Source: the human T2T-CHM13v2.0 reference genome, Homo sapiens
NCBI RefSeq assembly: GCF_009914755.1
Contig: NC_060927.1
Strand: one strand, 5' to 3'
DNA: 64,000 nt
Shown: positions 60,440-64,000 of the stretch, piece by piece
How the letters are laid out: every line of letters starts with the position of its first letter
Numbering within the stretch: the stretch's first letter is position 1
Position numbers and translations under genes: made by a program
The notes under the pieces: generated by a model
Database searches by the model: none
What the model was told of the DNA's origin: nothing
What the model saw: only the letters and a program-made list of their open reading frames with translations

Positions 60440-61990
60440 TCAGACACTCAGAGAGCAAGGGCTCAGGGAAGTATAACCCTGACCATCATCCTGGACTAAG
60501 CCGAGCCCGGCCCTCGAGGTACTCAGCGCACAGGCAAGCACAGGTCCTGGAGTCCTCGCTCGGTCAGTGCCCTGAGCTCTCCGTCTGATTTTTAAAAACT
60601 GGCACAGCTGCTTTTAAACACCGGCACATTTTTGTGGCACAAGGGCCACCAAACGGGACCCAAAGTACAGGTCCTTAACTTCCAAGATCCCGAAGTGGAC
60701 ATGCACAGATTTGCGCTCTCTGGAAAGGGGAACTGCAAGCCCAAGCTCGGGCGCGCCGCGCTTCCCACCGGACACCCACCCGGCCGAGCCCGGCCACTCC
60801 TCGCACCCACCCGGGCGGTTTCACCCGCCCCGCCGGCCCCACCCACGGGCTGCGGGCGGCCCCGCAGGACAACCCTCACAGAGGGCGGCAGAGGCCCGGC
60901 CCAGCCAGGACTCCACCCCGGTGACCTTGGGCAGACACGACTCCTCCCCGAGTCCACCCGCCAGGCAGAGGCGAGGGGCTACCTCAGCCCGCGAGGTCGC
61001 CGGACCCCAGGCCCGGACCAAAGCGGCGGAGGGGACGCCCAGCAAGCCCGCGGGGTCGCGACCTTCACCGGGACGCGGCCTACCTGCTAAGGACCGAGCT
61101 CCCCAGGCCCCCGAGTACACTCCGCGGCTCCCCCTCGCACCGGCCCAGGGCTCTCCCAGCCCCTTCCCGATCCCCGGGCAGGGGGCGCGGGGACCCGGCG
61201 CCCGCTCCGCTCGGACCCGCTGGGGACCGTCCCGCTCCTACCGCCGCCTCGCCCCCCGCCTGCCCTGCCCCGGTCCGCGGCAGGGACTCACCGCCTTGGC
61301 CAGCGCCAGCGCCAGGCGCCGAGCGCTTGGCAACCGCGACAGGCCCCGGACCCCCGACACGTCTGTAGTCGCCGCCGCGCAGTCCCGCCAGTCCCTGCGC
61401 AGACTGCGCCTGCGCACCACGGCCGGGTCAAGGCGGGGCGCTAGTGGGGGACATTGCGCCTGCGCACCACGCGACGCCCGGGCCGGGGTCTAATGGGCGG
61501 GGACGCCGCGCCTGCGCAAAGCGGACCCGCGGACCGTGGCGCTGGGTGGCCACGGAGGTCCCGCGCTCCCCGACCGAGATAGGGCGGGCCCTATTTCGGG
61601 GAGATGTTGGGCACCAACATTTTTTAAAGCCCCGTGGGTGGTTCTCCGGGATCTCCCAGACCGAGAGGGCCTGAACGTCCAGACCTCAGGGAATGGGGTC
61701 GAAGGGGCGGCGCTCGTCCGCGGAGGTGGGCGGGAGCGGCCCGGGGCCTCCGGCCTCTAGGGAGCGGGAGTGACCCTCGGTTTCTGGCCTCCGAGGGGCG
61801 GGAGCGATCCTCAGCCATGTCCCTAGCCTCTGGCTTCCGGCTGATTTTTAAATTTTTGGTAGAGGCGGGATCTTGCTCTGTTGCCCAGGCTGGTCTCGAA
61901 CTTGTGGCCTCAAGCGATCCTCCCTCCTCGGTCTCCCGAAGTGCGGGGATTACAGACAGAGCCACTGCGCACGGCCGTGGTCAGCTTTGA
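60440..61990. promoter_or_regulatory. CpG island / duplicated SDHA bidirectional promoter with three NRF1-type motifs (61405-61416, 61455-61466, 61507-61518) and GC boxes
   Basis: Very high GC and CpG density; YGCGCCTGCGCA occurs three times ~50 bp apart; GGGCGG boxes. Confidence 0.85.
61292..61360 (-). pseudogene. SDHA-pseudogene exon 1 coding part: start codon ATG>GTG and a 6-nt duplication (LALALAKA)
   Basis: CAGAC GTG TCG GGG GTC CGG GGC CTG TCG CGG…GCC AAG GCG|GTGAGT; 69 nt against 63 in SDHA. Confidence 0.92.
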
Positions 61991-63049
61991 AAGCTGGGTA
62001 GATCCCTTTGGCTCATACGCCTTTCTGCTAGCTTACCCTGATTCTGCTTCTGGTTCAGATAGTATTTTAATATTTCTAGTGTGTCTTTTTGTAAGATACC
62101 TGAAATCTTTTTGTGGAATGAAGTGGCATGAAAAATAAACCAATAATCATTAGTAATTATGTTTCCTGCCTTTTCACTTTATTAAAATCTTCGTCTTGTG
62201 CATCATGTTTAACAATTTTGAGTTATTTTAGTAAATTTGCAAGGGTTCGGTCCCATTTTATTGATATTTGGGTTGTTTCCTATTTTTGCTCTTAATAACA
62301 CCGTACAGAACATATTTGTGACCATAACTTTCTCTTTAGGATTATTTTTTTAGATGTATGCCCCAGACGTGGCCTTTATTGGCTTGCAGGGAATGAACAT
62401 CATACCTCCTAGACTTATTTTTTTAAAGTTATGCTGTTTTAGTCCTGGGTTAGTTACCTAATTTTGTTTGGTTTGAGACGGAGTTTCGCTCTTGTTGCCC
62501 AGGCTGGAGTGGAATGGCGGGATCTCGGCTCACCGCAACGTCTGCCTCCAGGGTTCAAGAGATTCTCCCGCGGAGCTTACAGTGAGCGGAGATGGCGCCA
62601 CTTCACTCCAGCCTGGGCAACAGAGCAAGACTATATTGCTTTAATTTACTCTGCCGGCTATCTGGAGAGATGCAACCTCATCAGCAGAAATTATTTCCAC
62701 CTGCTGCTTTTTAAATGTTATTTCCTATAGCCAGGTACTGAGCCCTTCAATTGAGGTCTAAACCCTCCACCCTCTCCCTCCGGGATTGCCAAGCCTGTGG
62801 TTTCAGTTCCATGCTCCCAGGTAGATTATGTCAACTCAAAGTCAATGCGCTTATGAAATACTTTTTGTGGTTTTTTTCTTAATTTTAAGAGGTTTTTTTT
62901 TTAAATATGTTTTTGTTTCATGGAGGCGACACCCTCTGTCTCTGAGTTGTGGGAGCCTTCCTCCTTCAGTCTGCATGTACTGAAGCCACTGTTTGCCGTA
63001 CAGCCCCTCAGCCGCAGCAGCCCACAGTGAGGTGCAGGTGCTCACGCCA

Positions 63050-64000
63050 TCGCCCCAGAGAGCTCCTCCATTCGCCCCTCCACCCGTAGCCCCTCGAAAC
63101 CACTGCCCTGCTCCCCGACACGGTACACTGTCTTCTCCAAGATGTCATGTGTTGGCATCCTTCGGCCTGTGGCCACCGAAACTAGCTTCCTTCACCGGGC
63201 ATGTAGCCTGGGAGACCTGGGGCATTTGGGTGCATCTTTCCACTGCTGGTTGGTGTCCCCTATGTGGAAGCATCCGCGTTGGTTCACGCCTTCTCCTGCT
63301 CCTGCCGATGGACATTTTGTTTTCTTCCAGTTATTGGCAATGAGGAATGAGGCCTAAACACTTGTGTGCAGGTTTGTGTGTGCACGTTTAAGTTTTCCCT
63401 TGGGGGACATTTCAGCAGTGGGGTTGCTGGATGACATGGTAAGGATGTGCTTAACTTCTTAAGAAACTCCCGGACCACTTTCCAGCATGGCGGGACCCCT
63501 CCCATTCCCACTGCAGCTTATGAGGGTCCCAGTTCCTCTGCATCATCACTAGAACCTGGGTTGGCCCATGGGTTTTGTCTGTTTTTAGCCATTTTAATGG
63601 ATTTGCAGAGGTACTGCTGACTGGCATTTCTCCAGCATCTCTATGATGTTGAGCCTCTTTCTCGGGCAATATGCCCTCCTTATACCTTCTTTGATGAGGC
63701 CTCCATTCCAATATTGGCCCTCTCTTTAATACTGGGGTTTTTACTTTCTTATGGTTAAGTTTTGATGGTTCTTCATATATCCTGCGTGCCAGTAGGTTGT
63801 GAGACGTGTGATTCACAAATGTTTATTTCTAGACCATAGTTTGTGTTTCATTCTCTTTGGATTTTTATATTGCTTTATAGAATTATAATTTTAAATTTAT
63901 GACTACATTTAATTTGTCAATCTTATGAATCATGCTTTTGGTGTCATGTCTAAGAACTTTTCGCCTAACCCCAGGCCATACGAATTTTCCCCTGTGTTTT
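63050..64000 (-). mobile_element. Old L1M fragment
   Basis: Antisense L1 motifs (GATGGACATTTTGTTTTCTTCCAG, ATGATGTTGAGC, GCTTTTGGTGTCATGTCTAAGAAC). Confidence 0.7.

Noticed and set aside
60592-61493. ORFs up to 260 aa in the CpG island
   Set aside because: Stop-poor GC-rich sequence with Pro/Arg/Gly-biased translations; only the SDHA exon-1 part is meaningful.

Overview
Human (or very close great-ape) genomic DNA with the layout of the 3q29 segmental-duplication region next to MUC20. It is not microbial: no CRISPR, rRNA or tRNA genes, and most of the ORF track is Alu, L1 or tandem-repeat noise. All recognisable genes are on the minus strand. (1) A complete 15-exon unprocessed SDHA pseudogene (61360->33569; SDHAP2/SDHAP1 type). 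Its CpG-island promoter looks intact, but it has ATG>GTG, -1/+1 frameshifts, a destroyed exon-7 acceptor and a K541* stop. (2) The 97-nt MIR570 hairpin (20510-20606), plus a second MADE1 hairpin. (3) A four-exon somatomedin-B-domain gene (18073->8453; I recall this locus as the pseudogene SMBD1P). Spliced at canonical GT-AG sites it gives an uninterrupted 123-aa secreted protein with a TATA/Inr-like promoter; this is the most interesting signal. The window is also rich in minisatellites: a 3.4-kb array with TTAGGG plus TCAGGG in nearly every unit, a 45-bp array of splice-donor motifs, and three arrays that expanded inside DNA transposons. Gene names, repeat-family names and comparisons with SDHA come from memory, not from a database search.
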